DNA of 62,945 nt, the filler included, from Octopus bimaculoides (lineage: Eukaryota), in NCBI RefSeq assembly GCF_001194135.2. It is 7 parts of 6 records of this genome, joined end to end, with 100 filler letters (N's around TTAATTAATTAA, not from the genome) between each part and the next. Parts side by side here need not be neighbours in the genome. Positions count along the whole stretch, not along the records: positions 50,117 to 56,032 come from NC_069002.1; positions 56,133 to 60,243 come from NC_069002.1; positions 60,344 to 62,945 come from NC_068981.1; 4 more parts are not named here. One strand, written 5' to 3'. A program made the position numbers and the translations under genes. The notes under the pieces were generated by a model, which made no database searches, had not been told where the DNA came from, and was given only the letters and a program-made list of their open reading frames with translations. The number at the start of each line of letters is the position of its first letter. Within the stretch, counting starts at the first letter, position 1. Positions 50,990-62,640 of this stretch are shown piece after piece.

Positions 50990-51760
50990 CCATTGTTACC
51001 GTCTACGTGAATCACTTATTTAGAAATTGCTTTCATCGATATTTTGCAACTTCTTTTACACAGTTCGGAAAAGAATTGGAAGGCTTCGTCGGGGATGATA
51101 TTAAATGCTTCACGTATGAAAGGAAAAGACATGCTAAAGGAGCGGAAAATATAAGGATACGGTATCTCATTGAAAGGGTTTAAGGCAATATGGGAGGTGA
51201 TCATGTGTTGGAGTGGACCATAAGAACTGTTGTTCACGAAAAAATTCGATATAATTCGTGTTTACTGAAGAAAACCAAATTCATATCTGCAAAGACTCGG
51301 GGGCAGTGTTTGATTCGTGCTAAGCAGATACTTAGAATAGATCAAATCCCACAAACATGGCATGCTTTTTTCTTCTCTAATGCGAAAAGAACATCAATCA
51401 TGTCTCAAAGCAGAAATAACACATGATTATATATAGATCCTTCTGATATTCCGAGAGTAATGCATATTTAAATTCCAGCAAATGTCATGGTTTTAGAAGC
51501 GATAAATTACGAAGGTCGTGACATGCAAAATCGTATCATTCAACAGGATCTAGGAAAATTGATGGTGTTGGCCAATTTGAGATGTTGGATACAGGTCTTA
51601 TAGTCTAGATGGATCAAGTGCACTTATATGCATATTTACATTGATGAAACATTTAGCGAAGGCCACAAAAAGACTCATCAACACCTTGTAAAACAAACCA
51701 AGTAACCCAAGATTGGTTGTAAAATAATATTTACGATTAAGTAACACCAAAACTAAGAAA
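50990..51760 (+). mobile_element. Degenerate Tc1/mariner transposase, DD37D (maT)-like
   Basis: Remnants WTIRTVVHEKIRYNS, FFFSNAK (FSDEK), DPSDIPRVMH.KFPANVMV, VTQDWL.NN..D. Confidence 0.65.
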
Positions 51761-52629
51761 TTGGCTCTTGCTGGATAGCGCCAAGGGTTCTCTAAGATGA
51801 CCAAGGTACGATAATATTGTAACCATGAATATAGAGTATGTCTGTGAATTGTAAATCGATTTTCCAACATATCCATGTTAAGATTGCAAGATTTGATTTA
51901 AGGACAGTTAGGCTACACATTTTAGCTGAAGGAATTATGACGGTAAGCAACTTCTTTGCTCTAAAAGGACAATATTGCTAATGCTTGGCTCCGTTTAGTC
52001 GACTCTGATGGAGAAGCCCTACGAAAAAAGGGCGACCTATCTATGAACATTCTCTCAATGCTTATCTAGTGGAAAGTTATTTCAAGGGTGGAGAGCTATT
52101 TCATCACTATCTAACTGGTATTTCTAGCATAACCAGCAAGATTCATCGTGTTATTAAATTAATTCCTTCATGTCGTTATCACCACCGTGCCGAGGCCAAT
52201 AGAAATCTCGCACAAATAGTGGAATCTTTCTATATCACAGAAAATATGAGTGCTCGCTATTCCTCCTACTGAATCAGGCTGGAAATGTTAACTTCGCAAT
52301 ATTAATTCCATTTGGTCTTGAGTTGAGCGGAAAAGAGGAAAGTAGAGTGAATCATTGTGCTAAATGAAACGCCATGCACCCTTTTCCGAGAATCCAACCC
52401 ACGGCATTACAACCACGAGCCCCAAATTCTAACCACAAGGCTACTCACATGGAAAACTTTTCATATAATTTATAGGTATCAAACTTCAGTGTTGTTCAAC
52501 TATCCTAATTAATAATGTATGATTAATTACAAATGAGTCCAGAACTCTTCCTGGAAATGAGTGGACAAACGAATGTGACCAGACAGATGCTTCCGTTTCG
52601 ACTTCTCATCTTTTATAATTCTGAAAACA

Positions 52630-52850
52630 AGCAGGACGCCGATCAGGCAGAAACATATACACCCCGGATAAAATGCTTCGCGTTATTTTGTCCGTCTTTA
52701 TGTTCAGAGTTCAAATGCCACTTGGATCAACTGTGCCTTTCATCCTTTCGGTGTCGATAAAATATGTATCAGTTGAGCACTGGGACCGAGGTAGTCGACG
52801 AAGACCCAACATCTAAATTGCTGGCCTTGTGTCAAAATTTGAAACCAGAA
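52630..52850 (+). mobile_element. SINE family A copy
   Basis: GGCAGAAAC..CCGGATAAAATGC..GAGTTCAAAT..GCCTTTCATCCTTTCGG. Confidence 0.7.
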
Positions 52851-53199
52851 ATTTAGAAAGCAAGAACCAAACAGACATGAGGGTTGAAAGGTCCTCATGA
52901 CAAATCCCTATCGAGCATTTTTTTAATGGAAAATCTCTATCGATATTCTAACTTTTTATGCTTTCCATTGATACGATATTTGCACCCAAAATAGTTTGTA
53001 TGTCATTTCGGTCAAGGTCACTCACACACATAACTGGTTGTCCTTGGGTGGATCTCACCCCGTTTAGGAATTCTATTGTTTAAGTTATTGTTCTTAACTG
53101 TTATTGCTTTAATTTTACAAGTGAAATTTTGCCCCACTTGTCCCTTGTGTTGTATTGTTCTATTATTGTTTGTTCAAACATTGTGGCCAAATAAAGAAA

Positions 53200-53890
53200 A
53201 TATTATTTACTTTTAATCTGCATGTTTGTTACAGTCTCATGCTTAGACACACCCAGTGTCCTTGGATGTTACAGTACCACTGAAAGCTTGTAGGGTGGGG
53301 AGTGGCGAAATATCTTCATGTAACACAACAGTGTTATTTAAATTGATAAGGTTTTTCTAAGGATGTGGGCAATACTTGTCAGCACAATCTTTTGGATTTC
53401 TCTGAATCATGGTTTTCCTGAGATGTTATCTAAAAGTTTCTGACATCCTTCTTTTATCGTACCTAGTACACCCACAATAACAGGAACACATCTCACTTTC
53501 AGATACATCTTATGTATCTCAACTTCCAGGTCCTCATACTTACTTAATTTGTCAAAATCCTTTACACATATATTTTCATTAGAGAGAACACTTAAATTTA
53601 TTGATCTCCAAGTATTTTCTTCCCCATCTTTAACGAGTATGTCTGGTCGATGAGCGGGAATCATTCTGTCGATTTTGACTGGAAAATCTCAGTGTATAGA
53701 GACATTTTTACCTTCACCGACTGGCCCAGGACGATGTTCATACAAGTAGGCACAATTGCTGATTTTGTAGTGTTTACATATTTTCCATTGTAAATACTGT
53801 CCTACACTATCATGGCGAATTGTGTATTCGTTTCGTGCCAGCACAGGACATCCCGAGACAAGCTGGTCTATTGTTTCCTGGTCTATTGCA
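53200..53890 (-). mobile_element. R4/Dong-like RLE LINE 3' fragment
   Basis: ETIDQLVSGCPVLA.NEY..RHD.VGQY..WKIC; HRPDILVKD..K.DKLSKY.DLEVEI. Confidence 0.8.
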
Positions 53891-53954
53891 TCACCCTCAT
53901 CATCATCATAACCATCATCATCATCATCATTATCGTCATCATCATTATTATTAT

Positions 53955-54830
53955 TATTGAGTAAGAGAGCAGTGCATCCCATCAAAGTGCCACTGGGGTA
54001 TACATATCATGACTCCTCGTCTGATAAGTGTACACCAGGGAGATGCATCACAACCACGTGTGCGCTACACAGTGACCTCATATCAAGATAAACAGCACAT
54101 GACTTTGCACATAGGGCTCAGGTAGAATTTGCTTCAGGTCGAGTAGCCCATCCCGCTCGAAAGGTGCCTGAATAAGGGCTGTTTAAGGATGTTGAACGAA
54201 ACACCCATGTTTCCAAAGGTGAATTATCCAAAGCTCAAAGAATTTCGTTCAGCACATGGTTATGATGTTCCCTCACTATTTCTGCTCCTGATGAGAAATG
54301 TACACATCGTCAGCCACCAAGGGACATGCTCAACTGGCTAAGGTCAAACAAGTGACAAGCAAATCTACAGAGCAGAATATTTGCTATAGCTCATCTTTTG
54401 TACCAAGACAAAACAATGTTCATGATAACACTTCCAATCAATTCAGATCAGAAGCCTTGAGAGCCATTTCCTGGCAGTGTAACACGGCATTTATTATGGA
54501 GTGAGAGAGCAATGCATACCATCAAAGTGAGACTGGGGTAAAATATACGAAGCCCAGTATACCCATTATGACTACCCGTCTGATAAAGGTACACCAGGCA
54601 CATGCATCACAACCATATGTGCGCGACATGGTGTTCTCATTTCAAGACTATCAGCGCATGACCTTGCAGGTGGGGCCCAGTTAGAATTTGATCTGATGGT
54701 GAAGTAGCCCATCCCGCTCAAAAAGTCCCTCAATAAGGGTTGTTTAACGATGTTGAACGAAATACCCATATTTCCAAAGGTGAATTAGCCAAACACCAAA
54801 TAATTCCTCTCAATATATGGTTGGGGACGA
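53955..54830. repeat. Head-to-tail pair of a ~540-bp unclassified dispersed repeat
   Basis: 53955-54290 aligns with 54495-54810 (GAGAGAGCA.TGCAT.CCATCAAAGTG...GTAGCCCATCCCGCTC.AAA.GT). Confidence 0.8.
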
Positions 54831-54877
54831 TGTAATCGACTAGTGTTCTCCCACCACATTTCAGACCTATAGTAGAA

Positions 54878-54999
54878 TGGATTCTTCTTCTTCTTCTTCT
54901 TCTTCTTCTTCTTCTTCTTCTTCTTCTTCTTCTTCTTCTTCTTCTTCTTCTTCTTCTTCTTCTTCTTCTTCTTCTTCTTCTCCTCCTCCTTCTTCTCTG

Positions 55000-55042
<43 letters not shown>
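54878..55042. repeat. (TTC)n followed by (ATT)n microsatellite
   Basis: Direct reading; source of the poly-R/S/Y pseudo-ORFs. Confidence 0.95.
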
Positions 55043-55333
55043 GTTCAGTAGTTTTATTTTTATAACGNNNNNNNNNNNNNNNNNNNNNNNNNNNNNNNNN
55101 NNNNNNNNNNNNNNNNNNNNNNNNNNNNNNNNNNNNNNNNNNNNNNNNNNNNNNNNNNNNNNNNNNNNNNNNNNNNNNNNNNNNNNNNNNNNNNNNNNNN
55201 NNNNNNNNNNNNNNNNNNNNNNNNNNNNNNNNNNNNNNNNNNNNNNNNNNNNNNNNNNNNNNNNNNNNNNNNNNNNNNNNNNNNNNNNNNNNNNNNNNNN
55301 NNNNNNNNNNNNNNNNNNNNNNNNNNNNNNNNN

Positions 55334-55975
55334 GTTATCTCTATTTCCAGGTCTTTGTATTTTGAAAGTTTTTCCATTTCTTTTAGAGAAACGTTGTCCT
55401 CTGCTGGTATTGATACATCAATTAGAAAGCATTTTTTTTCTTCATGATCTTTGACAACTATATCTGGTCTATTTGCCTTAATTTCTCTATCTGTGTGTAT
55501 TGGCATATCCCAGAGTATGGTTGCTTTCTCGTTTTCTGTGATCTTTTCTGGTGTGTGTTTATACAATCTTTTTTCTGTTGTTATTCCATAGTGTTGGCAT
55601 AGCTTCCAGTGTATATAGGTCCCAGCTCTGTCGTGTCTGTGAATATATTCCTTCTTAGCCAGGACTGGGCAGCCAGAGATAACATGATTTATTGTTTGTT
55701 GTCGATCTCCACATATTGTACAGTTACTTGTTATATTTCTTTTCATTACGTGTTTTTGGTAATTTCTTGTGGAGCAATTAAAAATCCTCCAGTCTCTGCT
55801 TCGAGTCCTGAGCTTCTCAGCCATTGCTGGGATTTTTCTCTGTCTATTTCTTTCGCATTTAGTTTAGCCCAGTATTTACCATGTAGGGGCTTTTCTTGCC
55901 ATCGTTTTATCATGGTCCGTTGCTGTTCTAGTTTTAGTTTGGATTTCATTTGTTTTATAGCTTTTGTTGTTTCCT
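55334..55975 (-). mobile_element. R4/Dong-like RLE LINE fragment, relatively intact
   Basis: WQEKPLHGKY, CTICGD..TINHVISGCPVLAKKEYIHRHD, ILWDMPIHTDREIKANRPDIVVKD..CFLIDVSIP.ED..KEMEKLSKYKDLEIEI. Confidence 0.9.
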
Positions 55976-56032
55976 CTTCTTCTTCTTCTTCTTCTTCTTC
56001 TTCTTCTTCTTCTTCTTCTTCTTCTTCTTCTT

Positions 56033-56132
56033 NNNNNNNNNNNNNNNNNNNNNNNNNNNNNNNNNNNNNNNNNNNNTTAATTAATTAANNNNNNNNNNNN
56101 NNNNNNNNNNNNNNNNNNNNNNNNNNNNNNNN
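56033..56132. other. Assembly spacer
   Basis: 44 N + TTAATTAATTAA + 44 N. Confidence 0.97.
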
Positions 56133-56299
56133 ATATATATATATATATATATATATATACATGCATGCATACATACATACATATGAATATGCCAGTATAT
56201 TTATATGAATGTGTATACATTTACGTGTATATATATATGTATTCATGTACATGTGTGTATATGTGTGTGTATGTATGTATGTATGTATGTATGTATACG

Positions 56300-56420
56300 C
56301 CAACTCTGTTCAAGACATTGTAGATCTTTGGCTGGGCTAAAAAGTCACATTCGATCACAGCACCGTTAAGTTAAGCTTCGTGTAATGGCCATACTCGACA
56401 ACGAGGGGAAGCCATCATAC
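56300..56420 (+). mobile_element. RTE/BovB-like LINE 3' tail
   Basis: CRSLAGLKSHIRSQHR* followed by GGCCATACTCGACAACGAGGGGAAGCCATCAT. Confidence 0.6.
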
Positions 56421-56516
56421 AAATATATACATATACGTGCATGTATATACATACATAGCTGTGCGCTAGAGAATTTCACAAGTATGGTCGATCACGTGAT
56501 GTATATATATATACAT

Positions 56517-56930
56517 TGTTACCATCGCTCACATCCTGGAAGAGGAAAGGCTCAAGAAACAACATTAACAGGGGAAAACGACTGCAGCAATGAAGTTCAT
56601 GAAGGAAGGAGAAAAGCGAGTGAGGACAGCAAAAAAAATGATCGGTCCGATCATAGGATATGGAAGTGGACTTGGGGTAAAGACTGCAGTCTCCCCAAGT
56701 CATCCAGGCAACCCTTGGTCTTTTGCGGGTCCTCCGTTGTAGTGGCTTCCGTGTGGGGATGTCGTAATGGTTATATCTTGTGGTTTGGACGAGGTGGTCA
56801 TTGTGGAAGACGAGGTGTTCATAGTGGAATCAACCAACTGGAACGGCTGATGACCGTTCCCCACAGGGAGTTCAACCAGACGGGACGACAAACTTGACGA
56901 CCAGAAAAATACGATGTCATCAGTACTTTA
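56517..56930 (-). mobile_element. Possible Ty3/gypsy 3' end: short LTR (56517-56688), polypurine tract and internal remnant
   Basis: Minus strand ...GGGGAGAC|TGCAGT...GGTAACA; upstream RRTRKRP..LDD-like end of pol. Confidence 0.4.
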
Positions 56931-58058
56931 ACGAATCAAAAATTAGATCCGTTCACGGAAAAAATTATATAGACACTACATTCCAAAAAACGCCGTCACA
57001 AACGAAAATCCCTGCACACGACGGAAAAAGAATCACAGAAACTGTAAACAAAACCCCTTTTTTATGACCGAACAATGGTTCGGTGAGCCACATTTCTTAT
57101 CGATCACTTCTAATATTATTGAATTTTGTGCGTTTAAACAAGATGATCCACATTTTTTATATTATTGAATGTTGTGAACATTTATATCATATTTGATAAT
57201 ATTGAATTTTGTAAACATTGAATCTTTTAAACATGTTTTTCTACCTAGCAATTTTAAATTTTTACCATTGATAAGCAAAAAATTGTTAAAACTAGTTTGG
57301 TATGTGTGTAAATAAATTTATTTAAAGNNNNNNNNNNNNNNNNNNNNNNNNNNNNNNNNNNNNNNNNNNNNNNNNNNNNNNNNNNNNNNNNNNNNNNNNN
57401 NNNNNNNNNNNNNNNNNNNNNNNNNNNNNNNNNNNNNNNNNNNNNNNNNNNNNNNNNNNNNNNNNNNNNNNNNNNNNNNNNNNNNNNNNNNNNNNNNNNN
57501 NNNNNNNNNNNNNNNNNNNNNNNNNNNNNNNNNNNNNNNNNNNNNNNNNNNNNNNNNNNNNNNNNNNNNNNNNNNNNNNNNNNNNNNNNNNNNNNNNNNN
57601 NNNNNNNNNNNNNNNNNNNNNNNNNNNNNNNNNNNNNNNNNNNNNNNNNNNNNNNNNNNNNNNNNNNNNNNNNNNNNNNNNNNNNNNNNNNNNNNNNNNN
57701 NNNNNNNNNNNNNNNNNNNNNNNNNNNNNNNNNNNNNNNNNNNNNNNNNNNNNNNNNNNNNNNNNNNNNNNNNNNNNNNNNNNNNNNNNNNNNNNNNNNN
57801 NNNNNNNNNNNNNNNNNNNNNNNNNNNNNNNNNNNNNNNNNNNNNNNNNNNNNNNNNNNNNNNNNNNNNNNNNNNNNNNNNNNNNNNNNNNNNNNNNNNN
57901 NNNNNNNNNNNNNNNNNNNNNNNNNNNNNNNNNNNNNNNNNNNNNNNNNNNNNNNNNNNNNNNNNNNNNNNNNNNNNNNNNNNNNNNNNNNNNNNNNNNN
58001 NNNNNNNNNNNNNNNNNNNNNNNNNNNNNNNNNNNNNNNNNNNNNNNNNNNNNNNNNN

Positions 58059-58520
58059 TATGTATGTATGTATGTATGTATGTATGTATGTATGTGCGTG
58101 TACATGTGTGCGCGTATGCATCTGTGTACATGCGTATGCATGTGTGCATGTATATATGTATATATGTATGTATGTGAGTATGCACGTATGTACTTATGGA
58201 TGTACGTGAGTAATAGGGTAAGTGTGTAGACGTGTTTGTGTGTGTGTGTGTGTACATATGTATGTACATGTGAACGTATGTACATACATGTACATGTACA
58301 TACATATGTACACACACACACACACAAACACGTCTACACACTTACCTTATTACTCACGTACATCCATAAGTATATACGTGCATACTCACATACATACATA
58401 TATACATATATACATACATGCGTATAGGCATGCACACATGCATACGCATGTACACAGATGCATACGCGTACACATGTACACGCACATACATACATACATA
58501 CATACATACATACATACATA
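58059..58520. repeat. Long imperfect palindrome centred at ~58281
   Basis: Unique core on both strands (...AAACACGTCTACACACTTACC.TATTACTCACGTACATCCATAAG...); the ORF track gives nearly the same peptide on + (58222) and - (58341). Confidence 0.9.
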
Positions 58521-58751
58521 CATACATACATACATACACACATGCATACATACGTACATACATACATACATACATACACACATACACACATACATACATA
58601 CATACATACATACGTACGTACATACGTNNNNNNNNNNNNNNNNNNNNNNNNNNNNNNNNNNNNNNNNNNNNNNNNNNNNNNNNNNNNNNNNNNNNNNNNN
58701 NNNNNNNNNNNNNNNNNNNNNNNNNNNNNNNNNNNNNNNNNNNNNNNNNNN

Positions 58752-58788
<37 letters not shown>

Positions 58789-58789
58789 A

Positions 58790-59704
58790 ACAAATAATGT
58801 ATGAGTATATGCGTATATACGTACATGTATGTATATACCTACATCTACATGTATATATAGATGCATATCTGGGTACAGAACATAGCAACAAAACGTGGAC
58901 AAAATGATAAACCGAGTACAGAAAACACACAGGCCACATAGAGAACATTTCCTTCATCAGCTCCCACCATTCTAAAACTAAGGGTTTCGAAGAGTTAGGG
59001 CAGGACGCATTGTTGGAATGGCTCTTCCCACGGACCAAAAATGAAATTTGTACCATGGAGGAATGTAGTGGCGGACAGAAAGCAAGACAGGAAAACGAAA
59101 CAGTGAAAATAAACATAAAAGGCTATACGGCCAGACGTGAAAAAATATGTGTATACTGTGAAGCACGAACTGGAAGGAAGCGGGACGAAGAATGTTCGTG
59201 TGCAAGCTTGGCGATAGCCAAGATAAGAAAGGAAATAGTGGCTGGACACATGTGACCAGCGAGTGGTAAGGAGAAAGAGTGGTAGATGGGAAAAAAGGGG
59301 AGGAAGTAGAATATAGGTGAGCAAAGAGAGACAGAGAGGAAGAAAGAGATATAGTAGTAAAGGAGAGAGGCGAAGAACAACAGATGGAGGAACGAGAGGG
59401 GGAGAAAGATACAAAGGTAGACAGAGTCGCGTCAGAAAAATAATGTTTAAAACTTACTTGCAAGGAGGATGCGTGTGTTCGATCATGTAATACAAATAAT
59501 GTATGAGTATATGCGTATATACGTACATGTATGTACATACCTACATCTACGTGTATATATAGATGCATATCTGGGTACAGGACATAGCAATAAAACGTGG
59601 ACAAAATGATAAACGGAGTACAGAAAACACACAGGCCACATAGAAAACATTTCCTTCATCAGCTGCCACCATTCTAAAACTAAGCGTTTCGAAGAGTTAG
59701 GGCA
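58790..59704. repeat. 213-bp direct repeats 702 bp apart in TA tracts; possible Penelope-like pseudo-LTR pair
   Basis: 58790-59002 is nearly identical to 59492-59704; (TA)n flanks; CTGATGA and CGAAAC words on the minus strand. Confidence 0.75.
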
Positions 59705-60243
59705 TATATATATCAGTGAGAACAGGTATTCTATATCGTACTTGGTGGATAAATATTCCTCATTTGTGGATAAACACTGCTTGCAATGGTTTCATGTGAA
59801 AAAAATTAAAGATCTTCAAGCGTTCCGCTTTCTGGATATTGGTAATCGCGTCTATTTTGGAATAGGACTACCATATGTGCGCACATATATCATTATGCAT
59901 ATATGTGTATATGTGTGTATGTAGAAAAATAAGTTTAAAAACATATTTTAATATGCATAATATGCATTATAGATGAATGTGTGTGTGCGTGTGCGGACAT
60001 ATCTGTATGTCAGGGACAGAGGAAGAGAGAGATGTCTGTGAGTGTACGTGTTATGTATTCTTGTCCATTTTATCTTCACATGAATGCAAATATGTTCTCA
60101 TATTTACAAACATTTATATACATCTGTACAGATATACAGATATAGACTGTCATAAATGTGTGCGCATAGAAACAACGTGTGATCGAAGAAACAAACATGA
60201 ATGTGTACTCATAGAAACAAACAAACATATATATATATATATA

Positions 60244-60343
60244 NNNNNNNNNNNNNNNNNNNNNNNNNNNNNNNNNNNNNNNNNNNNTTAATTAATTAAN
60301 NNNNNNNNNNNNNNNNNNNNNNNNNNNNNNNNNNNNNNNNNNN
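60244..60343. other. Assembly spacer
   Basis: 44 N + TTAATTAATTAA + 44 N. Confidence 0.97.
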
Positions 60344-60376
<33 letters not shown>

Positions 60377-60410
60377 CTGCAAAAATATGTGACACTTATT
60401 CGGTAGCCAT

Positions 60411-60471
60411 GATAAAACTCCGAGTTTCAGATGCCGGGGCGGAAGCTCGCGCCAACATCTTTTCAGTTATT
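60411..60471 (-). ncRNA. Hammerhead-ribozyme-like motif, left arm (core variant CUGAAAA)
   Basis: AUAA-CUGAAAA-GAUGUU..GGCAUC-U-GAAAC-UCGGA-GUU-UUAU; stems I, II and III pair; the G8 position is A. Confidence 0.5.
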
Positions 60472-62086
60472 CCTGTGAAATATAAACGTACCCACATACA
60501 TACTTGCACACACACGTGCACACAAAAAGGTTCATACACACGTCTATTATGTGCATATGCACAAGAAAGAACAGGGCTAAAGACAAACTACAAAAAAAAT
60601 GTAAAAAATAAGCAATAGGAGTAAAACAAGTCTATATATGCACATACTCATAAGCACGCGCACACACCCATCTATATACGCATATACCCGCACACGTCTA
60701 TATATGCACACACACATGCACACAAAAAAGGTTCATACACTCGTCTATATATGCACATGCACAAGAAAAAATGGGGCTAAAGGCAAAATACAGAAAAATG
60801 TGTAAAAAAGTGTAAAAAATAAGGAATAACAGTAAAACATGTCTATATATGCACATACTCGCATGCACGTACACACACACATTCATATATGCACATACCC
60901 ACACACACACATACATATCCACACACGCGCACAAAAGATTCCATATGCACGTCTATATTCGCACAGGAAAAAATGCAGGGTGGAAGGTAGAATACAGAAA
61001 AAATATGTGTGAAAAATATGAGGAATAAACCTATAAAACAATATCTCTATAAATATGTAAAAAAATATATAAGAAATATAAGTAAAAAATATAGAGAGAT
61101 AAAAAGCTTGTACATGGACACAATATAGAACGCAAGTCCTTTGTGTAATCTTGGGGGGGGGGACCAAAAACGTAACAAATATTTAGCCATATGTGGACAT
61201 GATCCGAAAAGTTCAGTTCTTGAATTTAGACATGTGGCGGGGTCTAAGCTGTTTTTCTAGATGAGCCATCTTTCCATATCACAAAGACCGCACTTTCCAC
61301 TGCCGTTGGTGTAGGGCTTACACTTGGTTAAGATCTTCCAATGGGTGTTGTAACTGACACCTTTATCTTTTAAGGACCATATATGACTGGATAATATGGA
61401 ATCTTTTGTGCGCATGTGTGGATGTGTGTGTGTGTGCAGGTATGTGCATATATATAGGCGAGTATGTGCGTATATAGACGTGTTTTACTCTTATTGCATA
61501 TTTTTTATACTTTTTTACATATTTTTCTGTATTTTGCCTTTAGCCGTTTTTTCTTGTGCATGTCTGTATATAGATGTATGTATGAACATTTTTTGTGCGC
61601 ATGTGTGTGTGTGTGTGCGTGCGTATATAGTGTGCGGGTATGTGCGTATATAGGCGTGTGTGCGTGCTTATGAGTAAGTGCGTACATAGACGTGTTTTAC
61701 TCCTATTGCTTATTTTTTACATTTTTTTCTGTATTTTGCCTTTAGCCCTGTTTTTTCTTGTGCATGTGCATATATAGACGTGTTTATGAACCTTTTTGTG
61801 TGCGAGCGTGTATGCGGGTATGTATATATTTTTTGGCGAATGTATGGGTGAGCATGTGTGTTTCAAGTGAGGGTGGATGAGTATATGCATATAGGCGCAT
61901 GTACGTGGGTGCGCATGTGTATGTATGGACATGCACAATTACTATGAACATTTTTACACCCTTACCTTTACTCCCCAATCTTACTTAGCTGTTATTCTAA
62001 TAGCTCTTTTGTCTTAATAACAGTCAATCACACAGTAATTTCCCTTTGTTTAGCGGTCATTTTTATAGAATTTTTTTTGATGACCC

Positions 62087-62147
62087 GATAACTGAAGAGA
62101 GGGTAATGTGGGTTTCCGCCTCGACATCTGAAACTCGGAGTTTTATC
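62087..62147 (+). ncRNA. Type I hammerhead-ribozyme-like motif, right arm
   Basis: GAUAA-CUGAAGA-[31 nt]-GAAAC-UCGGA-GUU-UUAUC; stem I GAUAA/UUAUC, palindromic stem III; stem II degraded in this copy. Confidence 0.6.
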
Positions 62148-62254
62148 ATGGCCACCAAATAATTGTCACATATTATGTTTAGAGATAAATTCCTCTATTT
62201 ACATAATATCGAGGTCTCTTTCAATCCTTTGTTGTCTTACCATTTCTATCAATA

Positions 62255-62387
62255 TATATGTAATATATATATGTATATATATATATGTATATATATATTA
62301 TATATATATATATATTTTAGATGTTATATATATATATTATATACAATATACATATTATACATATAGTATTATACATATGTTATATAG

Positions 62388-62419
<32 letters not shown>

Positions 62420-62470
62420 TATATATAAATATTATATATATATTATATATATATATATACTATATATATT

Positions 62471-62501
<31 letters not shown>

Positions 62502-62640
62502 CATCTTCATCATCCTCGTTTAACGTCCGCTTTCCATGCTAGCATAGGTTGGACAGTATATATTATATGTATTATATATATTCTATAATATTATATATAT
62601 TATATTTATATTACATATACATTATATATATACATAGGAG
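62255..62640. repeat. (TA)n-rich low-complexity tract with a short RTE-UTR tail at ~62500-62555
   Basis: Direct reading. Confidence 0.85.

Larger units (their letters stand above)
60384..62174 (-). mobile_element. Penelope-like element: 5'-truncated GIY-YIG C-terminus (61394-61170) plus pseudo-LTR, with an inverted pseudo-LTR copy (~61400-62174)
   Basis: LSSHIWSLKDKGVSYNTHWKILTKCKPYTNGSGKCGLCDMERWLI*KNSLDPATCLNSRTELFGSCPHMAKYLL; 60384-60450 is the reverse complement of ~62105-62174; ~200-bp tandem modules in both arms. Confidence 0.85.

Noticed and set aside
56385-56897. 170-aa plus-strand ORF
   Set aside because: Spans an RTE tail, a microsatellite and the antisense strand of an LTR-like remnant; no motif support
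58978-59604. 208-aa minus-strand ORF (and overlapping 139-aa ORF)
   Set aside because: S/L/F/P-biased antisense reading of a purine-rich repeat; no recognisable domain
60384-62174. Foldback/MITE DNA transposon interpretation of the inverted arms
   Set aside because: The GIY-YIG tail and hammerhead-like motifs fit a Penelope-like retroelement better; no TSD or transposase was found
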